A DNA stretch of 64,000 nucleotides from Tubulanus polymorphus (taxonomy: Eukaryota; Animalia; Nemertea), in the NCBI RefSeq assembly GCF_964204645.1, contig NC_134036.1:2790001-2854000 (forward strand), read 5' to 3'. Each line of letters starts with the position of its first letter. The stretch's first letter is position 1. Shown piece by piece: positions 47,176 through 60,120 of this stretch. The notes below the pieces were generated by a model. It was not told where the DNA came from, searched no databases, and worked only from the letters and a program-made list of their open reading frames with translations. A program made the translations under genes and the position numbers.

Positions 47176-50100
47176 AAATTGTTAGAATGGAGATAAAGTA
47201 TCAAGTAGTTGAATGAAACCAGACCGATGTCTGGTACGAAACAAAAAGAGCTCAAATTATGAGACAAGGTGCAGTAAATCCATATTGTATCTACCGATTA
47301 CTGAACTGTTCACCGTTGATTGGAAATAGATGGAATTTGACGGATATCGACGTAAATAACATATTCACTAGTCTCCGCCTGAATGTCGTTGTCATCGGCG
47401 ATGAAACAGATATGATTGAAGACAATATAATAGACGTAGAATTGATAAAAGATCAGTTATCAACCGAAAAGCGTAAACCTCACCCTCCTCTTCGTAAAAT
47501 GATCTTATAGTACTGAAAGGGTTTGAATCCGAGTCATAATTTAAATCTAAAAGTGCAGCAAATCGTCATAGTGGTCTTAAGTTTAGTTTTAGATTGGCTT
47601 TTACAAAAAATGTCTCAGATGTTTGTACATCCAAAATTGTCTTAGATTGGTCTCATGTTGAATAGCCAGCACACTCAAGACGTGGAGAACAAGTCTAAAA
47701 TCCAGTATATACAGAATTTTAAGATTAAATTGTCTAAAATAACTGGACTTATGCTGTTACATCCAAAATTGTCTTTGATTGGTCTTGTTACATCCACAAT
47801 CATCTCGGGTCTTAAGTCATCTAACTGGTCAAGAAGTTGCAATAATATCCAAAATTGTCTTAAGTTGTCAAATTTAGTGAGGGCAACACTTCAAGAATTT
47901 GACTAAGGGATTTATTCGACTGCTCCATCAAATAATGTCAGATTAGATCGAGGCAATGTCACAAATATTTCCCTAATATTTGAAGACAATATTTAATTCT
48001 GCTCAAAGAATGAACAAGAAATGGAAGTTGAAATGTATGGATATATTTCAACTTAGTGCTTGTGGAAAGCATCTCAGTTTCAGCACCTGCGAATGCACTG
48101 AATCAACTGGTGATAGAATCGACCTAATCAAATCACTCGGCAACAGCAACAATCGATTTCTCCCGTGAATATTTCTAGAATATATAAATACGACGTATCA
48201 GCTCGATCGGTTGGCAATGTTTATTGGTTTTTGTCGTCGTCGTCGTTGTTCTCCATCTGTACCTCCAATGCTCTGATCAAAATAAAGCTCAGGGCTGTCT
48301 TTCTAAATATAGGCTACCACACACAGAATAAGAACAAAAGTATTGGAATAAGGAGAGGAGAGAGGAGTGTGGGCGCGATATTGTTATAAATGCGGCATTC
48401 GGATCAAAACATCAAAATTATGTATTCATCTATTTTCATGTCTTGCACTATAGGTAGTAGAGATATACCAATTGAATCATTGAAGTGTTCATTTTAAAAT
48501 CAAGATTTTCTTCCATCTATCTTTCCCTACAATTTCTTTTCTGTGTGAAATGAACTTGATACTTTACTTATGGTTACAATAAAAATACAATGGCCTATAG
48601 TCAGAATAAGTTATTCAATAAACATGAGGGGAAGTTCATCATTAAAAGTGGCACTACTATTGCCCTGGAGACTAAGGCATGGCAAACATGCAGTTCACTT
48701 TCTATCAACAATTCGTTTAGTGTGAAATAAACTTGATATTGAATTTGAGGTATTGATAAAAACAATGGGCAAGTGAAAAAGTTATTCAATAAACAGGAGG
48801 GGAACTCATAAGAGAGTGAGTACTAGTGGCACTAGCTCTATCCCTATATTTGGGCACACTACTATTACTATTCTATTCATACATACATGCGCGCAAGGCT
48901 GTAGCGCCTGTCTCTACTCATTCAATGGAGTGAACAGTGGTCAGTTTAGCGCAGGGGAAGTGAACCTCGTTCAACGTAGGTTCCACCTTGTAAACACTAT
49001 AGAAGAGCGCATACCGAGAATAATCATGGAATTGTCATTGATTGACATTGGATTGATAGCTACTAAAAATCAATAACACTTCACTACTATCATAACCAGA
49101 TAACACACTGGTGCATCAATACCTGCACACATTGACATGCCTTGATATTGACCCAAAAAATCAAATGTCTTCTTAGTAGAGATCATGTTAACAATACTTA
49201 CTGCCGAGGCTTCTAATATTGCTTTAATTGAGTGCCTTATGAAATCCGCGAAAAAGAACTATCTATGGAACCCGCCATTTCATTCACATCACTGGGGATT
49301 CCCTGGCATAATTGGGATACGGGAGGAACCATTATTGTAAAAAGGGGGTTGGAGGCAGCACTTGATGGTGTGACGATGGGAAGCCAGCAAACTGGTGGTT
49401 AAACACGGAAGCCGTTTAACTGATCGGATGCTATGTACTTAAGTGAAGCCGACTTGTTTAATTCAATATTCCAGTAATATTAAATCAATGTCCAATTTTT
49501 TTCATGCCAGAATGATTCTCCATCCACGAAGATTTTTTAATACAAAAGCACCAGAAGAAAACGCGGCAGTCCAAGATATCAAAAGCAGTCACCAATCTCT
49601 TGACAAAAAGTAGCAAAGACACAAAATTCAAGAACCCTAGCACTTACAGTAACTTGGTCTTCTGATGAACGATCACAAGAATCCAGTCAGAACCGTGCCA
49701 GTGTCCACCTCCCCTAGATATTTTGGAATAGTGCCCTTTTTGCAAATATTACTGTTTTTATCCAGTAGAACATCTCTTTATGGCATTCTCTGTCCCCAAA
49801 ATTCAAACGCTAGGCACGGCACGGCACGGCACTGCACTACAGTCCAGGATACATTTAACCCAGAGAGGTACCGGTACAATGGGGGTTGCAAGTAGATTTC
49901 GAACCATCCCAAAATCAGCAGCATCAACAGCAGAGACCTGCAGGTGTAGTGGGAAGTGAAGGCCAGTATGGAGAAGTAAATAAACGAACAGAACCCGCCG
50001 CAAACTAAAGGAACACGTTGAGTCTCTTCGATTTAAACAAATTTTCATAATTTATTCATATATGTATATTCATAACACAGTTAATTGTTTTTCAATAAAT

Positions 50101-51258
50101 TTTTTTGCACATTACGCAGCAGATGTACACAGGTATTATGAGAGCTCAGCCATCCTTAATAACATCCATACCAACTAACAGAATTAATACCCCAATTTGT
50201 TGTACAAGTCATTTGAAAGCTAATAAACTAATTTCTCAACTGAGTAAATCTTTTCTATTACGGGGCTTGTATCAAGCCAACTTATTGATTATCGTTTATA
50301 CACTTATCGTAATTTTTCTTATTTTACTATATTTTTTTTCATCACTATAAACAATTGAATGATTGTTCATTTGACCCAAAAACCTTTTACAAGACAATCG
50401 TCCATTTACTACAACATGACATTGAACTCTTTGATTCTTAAAGCCATCAAGTGTTTAAACTAATGCAGCCGTCAATCTGCTGTCTGTACCCAACCACCTC
50501 AGACGATCATCACTCTTTGAATGACAAAGTCTGGACTAACAGATTTCACAAATGGTGAATGTCTGTCTAAAATTGATGGTTCAGACATTGCACCGTTATT
50601 CATTTGCAAAGAAAAAATGTCTGGGGTACTGCCACGGGGGATGGTGACACCTGGTTGGATATGGTTTTGGAAAATGGTGAATGTTGTCTGTCGAAAGTCT
50701 GGAAGGGGGGAGGTGTACAGACAGCTGGTTGATAGCTGTATGATAAATGGGTGATAGGTGAACGCTCGAATTAAAACTAAATTCTATTTTCAATGAAGCA
50801 CCATTTCCAATGATAATAACCATAGAACGTTAAGTAATCTTAGAGCGAAATACAGTAAAAGTCCTGTTGGGGACCATGGAAAAACATGGCATTAAAACGA
50901 ATTTGGCAGCTTTATAAAAGATGGTGTTTTCATTGAATTTGACTTAGATTGGGCAAATTTATTCCCTTAAAAATGATTAGTTTTATGAAAGCAGTGGCAT
51001 TAAAAAGTATAGCGGTATAACAGACTTTGACTGTAACTTCTAAGTCTCTAAATCAATCATAGCTTAATATACAAGATGATTAGGCTAAGCCTGGTGTGAG
51101 TTTAATATGCAGCCAAACAAAAGACTAGTCTCTAGATCGGCACATTGATGATAGGCTACATTGCAATTACAATATTTGAAGAAAAGAATAATCGAATTGA
51201 GACAATTGTAAAGTCTTTGAATTAAAAAGAAAGCTTAGAATGAAACCTTATAACTCAG

Positions 51259-51386
51259 GACCCAGTTTCACGAAAAAGTTTAAGCCTAAAACGGTTAAGT
51301 TTGAATTGTTGTCCTCATTAAAAACATGAAGTAACCAATAGCAATTACACCAAAAATTTGAGTTAAACTTTTTGTGAAACTGGGCC
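51259..51386. mobile_element. MITE with CAG TSD (Harbinger-like)
   Basis: cag|gacccagtttcacgaaaaagtttaa ... ttaaactttttgtgaaactgggcc|cag. Confidence 0.7.
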
Positions 51387-52560
51387 CAGGCTACAATTTC
51401 ATAAAATAACAAAAGCACATTTATAATAGACTGCTAGCACAATACATAGCGTAGGATATATAATGATAGTGTGTGTCGAGGCAGAGCTACCAACTTCAAT
51501 TCGAGCTTGTTGTACATAAAATGCTGTATTATGCTCAGTTCCACCAGACAGGCGACAGATGTGCGTCGGACCCTCTCGCTTAAGACGAGTGTACACAGTA
51601 ACGACAACGATACCCATCACGTTATGGGACTGCCTCTTTTGATAAAGCTGAAAAGTAGCGCAACTAACAGCTATTTTCGATACTTTTACTTTTCCTTGCG
51701 ACTTCAAGTAAATCCGAAAACATGTTACAATGTATTCTTTTTCCTTGATTATTCTTCAATCATCAGGAAAATCTACATCGCTATTTTTGATATATCGGTT
51801 TAACTTCTCTTTTCGTATGAACGTCAGGAAGATTCGCTATTTTTTCGAAATATTGCTATTTCTAAGGTAGTGGATCATTTTTCCGGTACGATCTGTCGTC
51901 TTTAATTAAGTGGCACCAACGTTGTTAAATTAGGAAACTCTGATTTGACGCAATATATGCTGTAAATACTATGAAATTCTAAAAATTCAACATAGTGAAA
52001 ATCAGAAAAAATATCACTACTTTTCAGCTGCACCAAAACATACGGTCCCATAACATGACTTATATGATAACATTCGCTGCCAACTTAGAGATCAGCCAAC
52101 ATTGCAACTACGAGATATCTCAAAGCGGATTCTTCACGTCCACTTACATTTTCAGATGGAACAATTCCCAATCGTCTAGTACATGGCTCATCGGCGTTTC
52201 GTGAGCAATGGAGCAATCTTTTTCCCCATAGCGACAATGAGATATCTGAAAGCTAATTTTTCATGTTCGTATTTTGTCTATTTTTGCACTGTGGCATTCG
52301 GAATGACATGTACTGGCAGTGTAAACTCATCTTTATTGCTCATTGGGAAATTATGAACGATAGTCGACTATGTTATTACTTCTTCTGCTATTTACAAGAA
52401 AGCAGAGAAGACTGAGGTAGCAACCTGCTAAATTGCCAGATCGGCAAAAATACCTAAGACTAGTACATTCAATAATTCTTTAATCTATAGTTACATATTG
52501 TACTAAACATAAACATCAACCGCAACTGGTGTTTTTGCCCGAACATAAAATAACAACAAG

Positions 52561-52668
52561 GATCCAGTTCCACAGTCATGAGTTAGAGTTAACACTGAGT
52601 TAAAATTAGTGTATTTTCAATGAGTTAACTCTGAGTCAAATCTTAACTCACAACTGTGGAACTAGGTC
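52561..52668. mobile_element. MITE family B copy
   Basis: gatccagttccacagtc...gagttaactctgagt...caactgtggaactaggtc; matches 35186-35289. Confidence 0.65.
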
Positions 52669-53083
52669 CCGATGTTTTTGGAATTTCAAAAATCTACAAC
52701 CACATTCTTCCTATTATCACAAACAATTATCCGTAGATTGTCCAAGATTCATTTCTCTTATTCCGATCTCAATTAACATTTAGCGACTCATTCATCCAAA
52801 CAAGAAGTGATAATCTATCCTCTATACATCTTCGCATCCCCGAAGGGCGAAGTGGGCATTTCCAACATTTCACCTGAAGACAAACCTCCGAGGAAAGTGG
52901 TTCACCGTCCGAACACACAGAAAGTTTGGTTTCTTCAGTTGTGAATTTTTGTACCTTTAAAAATCTTTCCTTTTCTAGAACGGTGAAGAGGAAGTATCCC
53001 TCGAACATCCAGGAAAAGTGAGCTGATTCACATCCAACCAACGAGCAAAGTTCAGTTTTTTTTCAATATTTCAAATTTTTCAC

Positions 53084-53592
53084 CTATTCCTCGTAGACTT
53101 CGGACGACACCTCCACAAACTCGCTCGACTCCTCAGCGGGAGTCATCGCCATCGACGACGCCGATGAACACGACGAAAAGTCTGTTGTTTCTTCCGGCGA
53201 TGGAACGACGACCGGCGCGTCGATATCATCATCATCATCATCGTCGTCGTTGTCGTCGTCATGGGTACTACCAGACGGCGATTGTTGTTGACTAGAAACT
53301 TCGATGCTACGTTTAGTCAACGACCGATCGTAGACCCAATGTTCGCCGACTTCATGGAAGTATTTCGTTTCGATCGACGCGCCGCTTTCTTTACGATCTT
53401 TCGCCTCCTCTCGTTGGCGTTGTTCGAGTTTGTGTTTGGCTTCGGTCGCGTCTTCGATGCGGCCTTTTTTCAGATTGTACGTGACGTCGCGCCACAATCG
53501 TCGCGATTCGAACTCGCCCTGCTGGTCGAGCGGTTGTACGCGCTTTTTATGAATCGCCATCGCGGTCGTGTCGACAAACTTTTCGTTTTTCC
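53084..53592 (-). CDS. OSBPL9: OSBP-related protein 9, terminal coding exon (end of ORD plus acidic tail)
   Basis: cttgcag|GG AAA, phase 1. Encodes ESRRLWRDVTYNL...ATEAKHKLEQRQREEAK...FHEVGEHWVY; stop at 53084. Confidence 0.92.
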
Positions 53593-53926
53593 CTGCAAGA
53601 TATTAAAGGCGTAGAAATTTGTAGGTAGTTTTACAAATGATGCCAACCCGGCCAGACTACCTTGATAATCTAACATTGTAGTAATTTTCACCACAATTTG
53701 ACACCTAAAATAGTAGTTTGATAAAAATGAACCATTCTGATTATGAGTATATTTTGATACTTATGCTCTTGGCCGGTATATATCGATGGTTGGCTGTACA
53801 TACAAATATTTCCTGTCTAATCTTTGATCATCCATAACAGAAGATAAACACCCTCTCCTAAAATCTTCTCCTCTTTGAAATGAAATCATTCTAGCTTTCT
53901 CAGGTCTGTTTAGGTCTGTTTCTTAC

Positions 53927-54144
53927 CTGATGTATATTTCGCCCACATAACGCCGTTCCATTCTCCTTCGATACGACAGAAACTCTTCCCGTCGTCGGGC
54001 GTGATGATATCCGCGGTAACGCGATGTTTCTTACCGCCGTAAAACGGTTTTGTCAAGAAGTCGATGTTCGCCGAGTAACCGGTTTTAGCGCACGTCACGG
54101 CAATACGTCCACCGAGTTCAACCCATGGCACCGTCAGTATAGAC
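53927..54144 (-). CDS. OSBPL9: OSBP-related protein 9, coding exon 4
   Basis: ctctgtag|G TCT ... TCA G|gtaaga, phase 2-1. Encodes [12 protein letters not shown]...[24 protein letters not shown]...IEGEWNG. Confidence 0.93.
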
Positions 54145-54734
54145 CTACAGAGACAGAGAGAGAGAGAATAAAATCAGTGAAGCACGTCAAGCATTACAGT
54201 TTCTTTTGATTGGAATGAGTAATTAATTCTTAGCACATTCATTGATAGTAAAGTAAGTAAGGGTCATTTGCACAGTCAAGATTTTAGGACCAGTTCTAAG
54301 ACCATAGCAGATCTATTGCCAAACTAACATCATTGAAGACTATTCGTAAACTGATATCATTACAGGAGCAGATCTAGGAAATTTGGGAGACCTGAGTACA
54401 AAAGAAGAGACATTTTTCCAGATTAAGCAGCCATGTCAAAGGCTATTAGCAGGGTCCAACCCTTGGTGTAATCTAAGAAATACAAAATTGCCGTAAGGAT
54501 TAATGTCAAATTTGCAGGTTTTAGACCACAACCTAAATCCTCCACTGGGCCCAGTCTTTAGTCAAGACTTAAGTCCAAAAGTGGTCTTAATCTTAAACTG
54601 TTAGATTGGCTATAGATCTAAGTTGGTCTGAGACTGGTCTTAAGTCAAAGTCATGACTATGGAACTACATTTGTAGCACCTACACTACTGCACAACTATA
54701 ACCAGACACTGTTTCTAGATATCGAGATACATAC

Positions 54735-55302
54735 CTGCCGTAAGCGCTGGGGAATGTAAGTATATACTCCTCGTCATGATCAAGCACCGATATAACGGCC
54801 TGTCCGATCATATGAACACCGATCGATAAACCGAGAAATTTAGATTTCGTCCAAATATAACCGTCCATCGAAATACGTTTATTATAATGTTCGACGTACA
54901 TGGCTGATATCGGTGGATGGTGCGACACCTGTTCGGCTATAAACGCCAGACTATCCTTGCGCGCCCACGGAATCGGACCGTCGGTCGCCAACTCATCGTC
55001 GTTGTCGCGACTACCATTTTTTGAATTCGTATCGGCGGCATTTGTTGTCGGTATATCCCAGTAACATAGGAACGACTCGCCGAGAATTGGGTTGTACGGT
55101 TTTTTGGCAACTTCGCCGCGACGACTTGCGTGGAACGCTGACAGGTACCAACGCACGACTTGTACCATACGATCTTGCGGCGTTTTCTGGTCGGCTATGG
55201 CGACGAACAGATCGGGATGGGCGCAGAAATCTGCGTACATTTCTAACAGCGAACGTTTCTCGAGGATAAACGTCGGCAAAACGATCTTCGTTAAATCCAT
55301 TC
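54735..55302 (-). CDS. OSBPL9: OSBP-related protein 9, coding exon 3 ([11 protein letters not shown] fingerprint)
   Basis: ttttctag|GA ATG ... GGC AG|gtatgt, phase 1-2. Encodes [30 protein letters not shown] and [10 protein letters not shown]. Confidence 0.95.
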
Positions 55303-55936
55303 CTAGAAAATATGAAAACCACGAAAATGACAGATTAGATTATCAAGTGTTCTGTTCCACAATTCAGCCATTAGGCCTACTAGCTCAATGTTTTAATTAT
55401 AGAGTCGAATTTAACTCAGAACTGTGGAACTGGATCAGGGGGTTACTGTGACTGTAAATGATGGCTTGAGAGAAGAATAAATAGTTTATTTTCATGAGGT
55501 GTGGTTCATTTGGAACAATAGCAAATTTGCTAGGTTAAAGAAGAGGATAAGAGTGACAGGTAGAGAGAGAGTAGATTGTGTGAGAGAGGTAATGTGGAAA
55601 GGATAGAGAAAAGGGAGGGAGTTGGTGAGAGAGTGGAGAGCATCAGAGTCAAGTTAAGTGGGTACAAAGTGTAGAGAAGAGTTGCAAGGGAAAAAGATGA
55701 AATGGAAAGTTGGAGAATGAAATAGAAGGGAGTAGTGTGAAGAAAGATGATACGGTAGGAAAGGTATCGGAGTGTGCTGAAGGAAGGAAGGAATCTGGGG
55801 AGAGTTAGAGGACAGAAAGGTTGAGACAGCAATGCTGTAGAAAAAGATGGTATTATGAACTCTTGAGTAAAGCGATAGTGTACAACAAAAGAAGGGAGGA
55901 GAGTGAGGAAATAAGATGAAGGGAACAGAAGGCCAG

Positions 55937-56118
55937 CAGGCTGCTCGTTTCACTCTGCGGAGTACTCTAAACAGTGCCATCTAGCGGAATTCTCGCTGCC
56001 CCACCAAATTTTGTGGAGTAGCAGAGTAGCGTCTGAAAGAGTCACGTGACCTGTTCTAGTGTATTTCTTTGCTCCGCACAGTGTTCGGAGTACTCCGCAG
56101 AGTGAAACGAGCAGCCTG
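55937..56118. mobile_element. MITE with perfect 31-bp terminal inverted repeats in OSBPL9 intron
   Basis: caggctgctcgtttcactctgcggagtactc (55937-55967) and its exact reverse complement (56088-56118). Confidence 0.75.
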
Positions 56119-56332
56119 TAGAAGTCTGGTGAGAAAAAGTGGAAAAGGAGAGATAACAATGAGGCAGAAAGAGATGGTTATTTGATCTTAAAATAGGGAT
56201 TGTCCCCATTATTTATCTATTTGGCTGGTAAATTTTGTTTGATTTTTCGATTGAGTGTCCCTTACAGACCCACCACACCTGCCGGGAGCGAAACAGGGGT
56301 GAGATGGTTATTAACCATATAGTGATACGTAC

Positions 56333-56533
56333 CTATTCGAACTTGTGATAGTAGATGTGTGATAACGCTTCCATGTTGATCTAACGAACCGAGATCATCT
56401 TCTTCATTACAGTCGTACAACTCATCGAATTGATCGTCTTCGGACGCGATCACTTTCGGCGGAATTCTCTCCACGGGTGCGTCATCTTCGTCAGCAGAAT
56501 CGTCGAGCGTTTTAGGAATTTTACCGGTTTTAC
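56333..56533 (-). CDS. OSBPL9: OSBP-related protein 9, coding exon 2
   Basis: aattccag|GT ... ATA G|gtacgt, 201 nt, phase 1-1. Ends SVITHLLSQVRIG, the start of the ORD. Confidence 0.9.
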
Positions 56534-57719
56534 CTGGAATTAAGGAGCGATTAGAGAATTGAAAGATGTTGTCCATAAGAAAATGTGAAAGGAACGATGG
56601 AGAGACTGCCTCTAACTTCTTGGAGCAGTAAATAGGATAACAATGGTCTCAAGAAAGCTTAAATCTCTATTAGAAGAACTCAGCAGATCTGGGAGCATTT
56701 CCAACATCCATGCTTGAGTGCATAAAATTTAAAATCGTGTTTGTAAGAATAGATGTAGTCTCAACAGGAATAGGACCTAGGTGAACTAAGCTTAGTCATG
56801 TCTCAACTGCAGTGAAATCATCAAAGCGATCTTGCCTGATATCTCCTTGAAAAGCAGGCCAATTAATTATAGCTTAGTGTAACTAGTTTTGGGGGAGAAA
56901 TTGTCTACCAATTATCAAGAGATAACCAATAATCTATATGCTTGGTATTTCTAGAAATTGTGTTATCCCTTACGCATAGTTTCTTCTTCTAGAAATTCTT
57001 CCACAAAGAAATCAAATACCGGTACTAAACTGTTAGAATAACGTTTGAACGTTGGTCGCGAGATCAAAAATCAAATTCGATAATCAAACAGTAATCAACA
57101 ACAGACATCAAAGTTCTCTGTCACGTCGTTTCAAAGATAACATTTATAGAACTGGTAATCAGCACCGCAGATGTATAACTATCCCTGATTGAAATATAAA
57201 AGCAATCATAAAATACTTAGCAATTCGATTTTTATATCTCTAAGCTGTCTCAATGCACAATTTGTTATTCTGATTTTCTTATGTTAAGAACAAACGTACA
57301 TAAGATAAATACATTTCGAAATAAAATGTTCTCCAACCCTGGGGATTGCCTAGATGGAAACCGAGACCATGAAATCATATATGGATGTTTTGGGAGGAAC
57401 ACCCATTATTCTAGCCGTTCTACATCACCGCATCCAGCAGCTGGGGGATTTATGAGGTTGTTAGTGTATCCATATTAAGGAAGTATCGATTTGATGATGT
57501 CATGGGGGGATTTATGAGGTTTCAGTGACTCTAACAGTGACGTATAAGCCCGTGAGGGCTGGGTATTAAAAAAAAATTGTTAACAAAAAAAAAGGAATGT
57601 TATTATACACATGTCACTCTAATAAAGATACCATATCAATGTATCGATTTGATGATGTCATAGGGGGATTTATGAAGGGATTAAGAGGCAGCCATGTTTA
57701 GTAGGACACCCATACGTAC

Positions 57720-58575
57720 CGGTCGGACTAAGTTTAGGCGTCAATTTCGACGAAGAGCCCTCTTCAGCGTCGAAAAAATCATCTTCATCGCTACTGCTAT
57801 ACGAAACATCCGGGAATGTAGATGGCGCCACTACCGGTCGCGTGACTACTCCGTTTTGAGCGGCTTTCACCTCGGTCGTCGTCGCCGCGACGATAGCGTT
57901 ATCGGGAACCGATTTCATTGACGCGGTAACCGTCGCTGTGGTTGCCGATAGTAACTCGGGGTTATTGTTGGCGTTGTTGTTGATAAGCGATTGAAATGAC
58001 GGACCGTCGAGTAACGGGCTAATCGTGTTCTGTTTCGCGATCTGTAAATGAACGATTGTTTGTTTGATCGATTCGACCATCGCTTCGGCCGTCGTTTTAA
58101 CGTTCGAGAGTTTCTCGCGCGTTGCCGGGTCCGTCGTCACGTACTCCATACGATCTTCTAAACCGCGGATCTGTTCGATCAACAATTGCAGGTACGCGTC
58201 GGCCTCCGAGAGTTTCCGATCAAAACTCGCCATCGACGACACGGCGGTGCGGGCGTCGTCGCGTCGAGCGGACGAATGACGCACGATCGCGTCCTCGAGA
58301 CCGTTCACCCATTTCTCGCGTTCGTCGCCGTCGCGCGCTTGAAAATGGAACGTTTTCTGATCGACGGTGATCGTGAACGTGCTATCGTCTTCGTCGTCGA
58401 TGCCGATAATCGCTCCTTTCAAACGGACGCAACCTCGTCGCGAACCGCGCATCATTTTCTCTTTACTCGTATAGTATGATAAAAGTCCGGCGTTCTCGTC
58501 CAACACGAACCACCGATATTGCCAGCCTTTCATAACGTTCGTCCATTTACTCAACGGTCCTTCGATCGTCGTCAT
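57720..58575 (-). CDS. OSBPL9: OSBP-related protein 9, coding exon 1 (PH domain, coiled coil, FFAT motif)
   Basis: [55 protein letters not shown] is an ORP9-type PH domain; [13 protein letters not shown] is an FFAT motif. Donor G|gtacgt at 57720; upstream acceptor at 58643. Confidence 0.95.
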
Positions 58576-59984
58576 GGTGACGCAATGAGTGGTGGGCGGT
58601 TATACTTTCGATTGTCGAAAATTCGGGTGCCTGCTACCGGTACCTGGAAGAAAAGAAAAATTAATTCGTTGAAAATTAGTTTTCAGTTACTTATGAGGGT
58701 TAAAAGAAAAATTTGATTATAGGCGCTAAATAGTTATATTGCATTTGTAGGTTTAGGAATCTAGGTTAGAAAAAAATAATAATTGATTGATAGTTACCTA
58801 TTCATTGGTAGGACATTAGGATGACATTAAGATGACATTTGGGTCAATTTGTCTATTTGTAAGCAGTTATTGTCTATACCAGTTTAGGAATGAGAGGGTT
58901 AAAGAAAAAAACTTTGTTTAATTTATAAGCCTATGCTGAAAGATTACTAGTTGTGCCTAATGCCTTGGTTTAGGAACTTAAAAGGTTAATAACAAGAGGT
59001 AACTTATTTGCTAATAATAAGTAGTTAGGCCTATTGTTTATTACGTTTAGGAACTTAGAGGTTTAAAGACAAAAACAAAGTCGACACACGTAATTATTGT
59101 CTAGGTTTAGAAAATAAAGAGGGTTAACTTAGCCCGATATACAGAGTGACAGAAAATTCAACCAAAAAAATTATTTCCAAATGTTGAAGCTATTAAATAA
59201 AATCGGGCCAATCTTTATATTCTTATAATAATAGCGTAGTTTTGAACAGGTTGAAGGCTATAGGCAAATGGTAAAGCTATGTAGACCTATTGCTAATGAC
59301 ATTGTAAAGGAGATGATCTTCTTGCCTTTACCCTCTCTTAGACCTCATTCATAAAATAATTCAAGCAAAATGTACAGGATGCCATCAAGGTTTATGATAA
59401 ATAACACTATGAATCACTAGATTATGTAATACCAATTAAATATTGGGCACCAAATATTGGCATTATAGGCTAAGCCTGCATTAGGCCTCCTACTTGTCCC
59501 AAACATCTTTACTCAACTAAAGATTCCATTAGAAATCCAGGTCTACAGCATGAAAACATTTCCAATGTACCATGGCATTGCCATTGGCATTTGGGGCATA
59601 GACCTAGGAGAGGCTTTGCCTGTGAAGGCTAACTCTCTCTTGACTTCTGACTAATTAGAGACTTGGTCTCCATTCTCAAAATATCAACAATTAGGCCTAG
59701 GCCACTGGTAGGCCATTATTATATTTCTTTACCCCAGTATTTTCAATATGTTTAGATTATTTAGACATCGTTTGAATTGTTGGTGTGAATATGGGTGGGT
59801 GAGAAACGATGTTTATGGTAGGCTATGGCCTTATTTTTATGTTGATCATTTTGATGGGAGTGATCTCCAACCAGTTATTCTGCCGTTCCTTGTTCGTTCT
59901 AGACATACCAGTGGCCCTTCAACTATTCACAAATGAAGAGTATTTTAAAGGATTTTTTGCCAGTCGTCAAACGGGCGTACTTAC

Positions 59985-60120
59985 TTCAAAATTCAGACTT
60001 TAATCGATCAATAATCGGCTCTTAACTGATAACTACGACCACCCGTTACGCTTTACGTCATCGAGTTCTGTGCTGTTTTTTTTTCTCTACTGGATAGACG
60101 GCAGCACTGTACTGTCGACA
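59985..60120 (-). promoter_or_regulatory. candidate OSBPL9 5' non-coding exon / promoter region
   Basis: Strong minus-strand donor GAA|gtaagt at 59985 within a local CpG-rich patch. The acceptor at 58643 requires an upstream exon. Confidence 0.4.

Noticed and set aside
52769-53041. 90-aa ORF just 3' of the OSBPL9 stop
   Set aside because: Non-ATG start, no homology; most likely 3' UTR.
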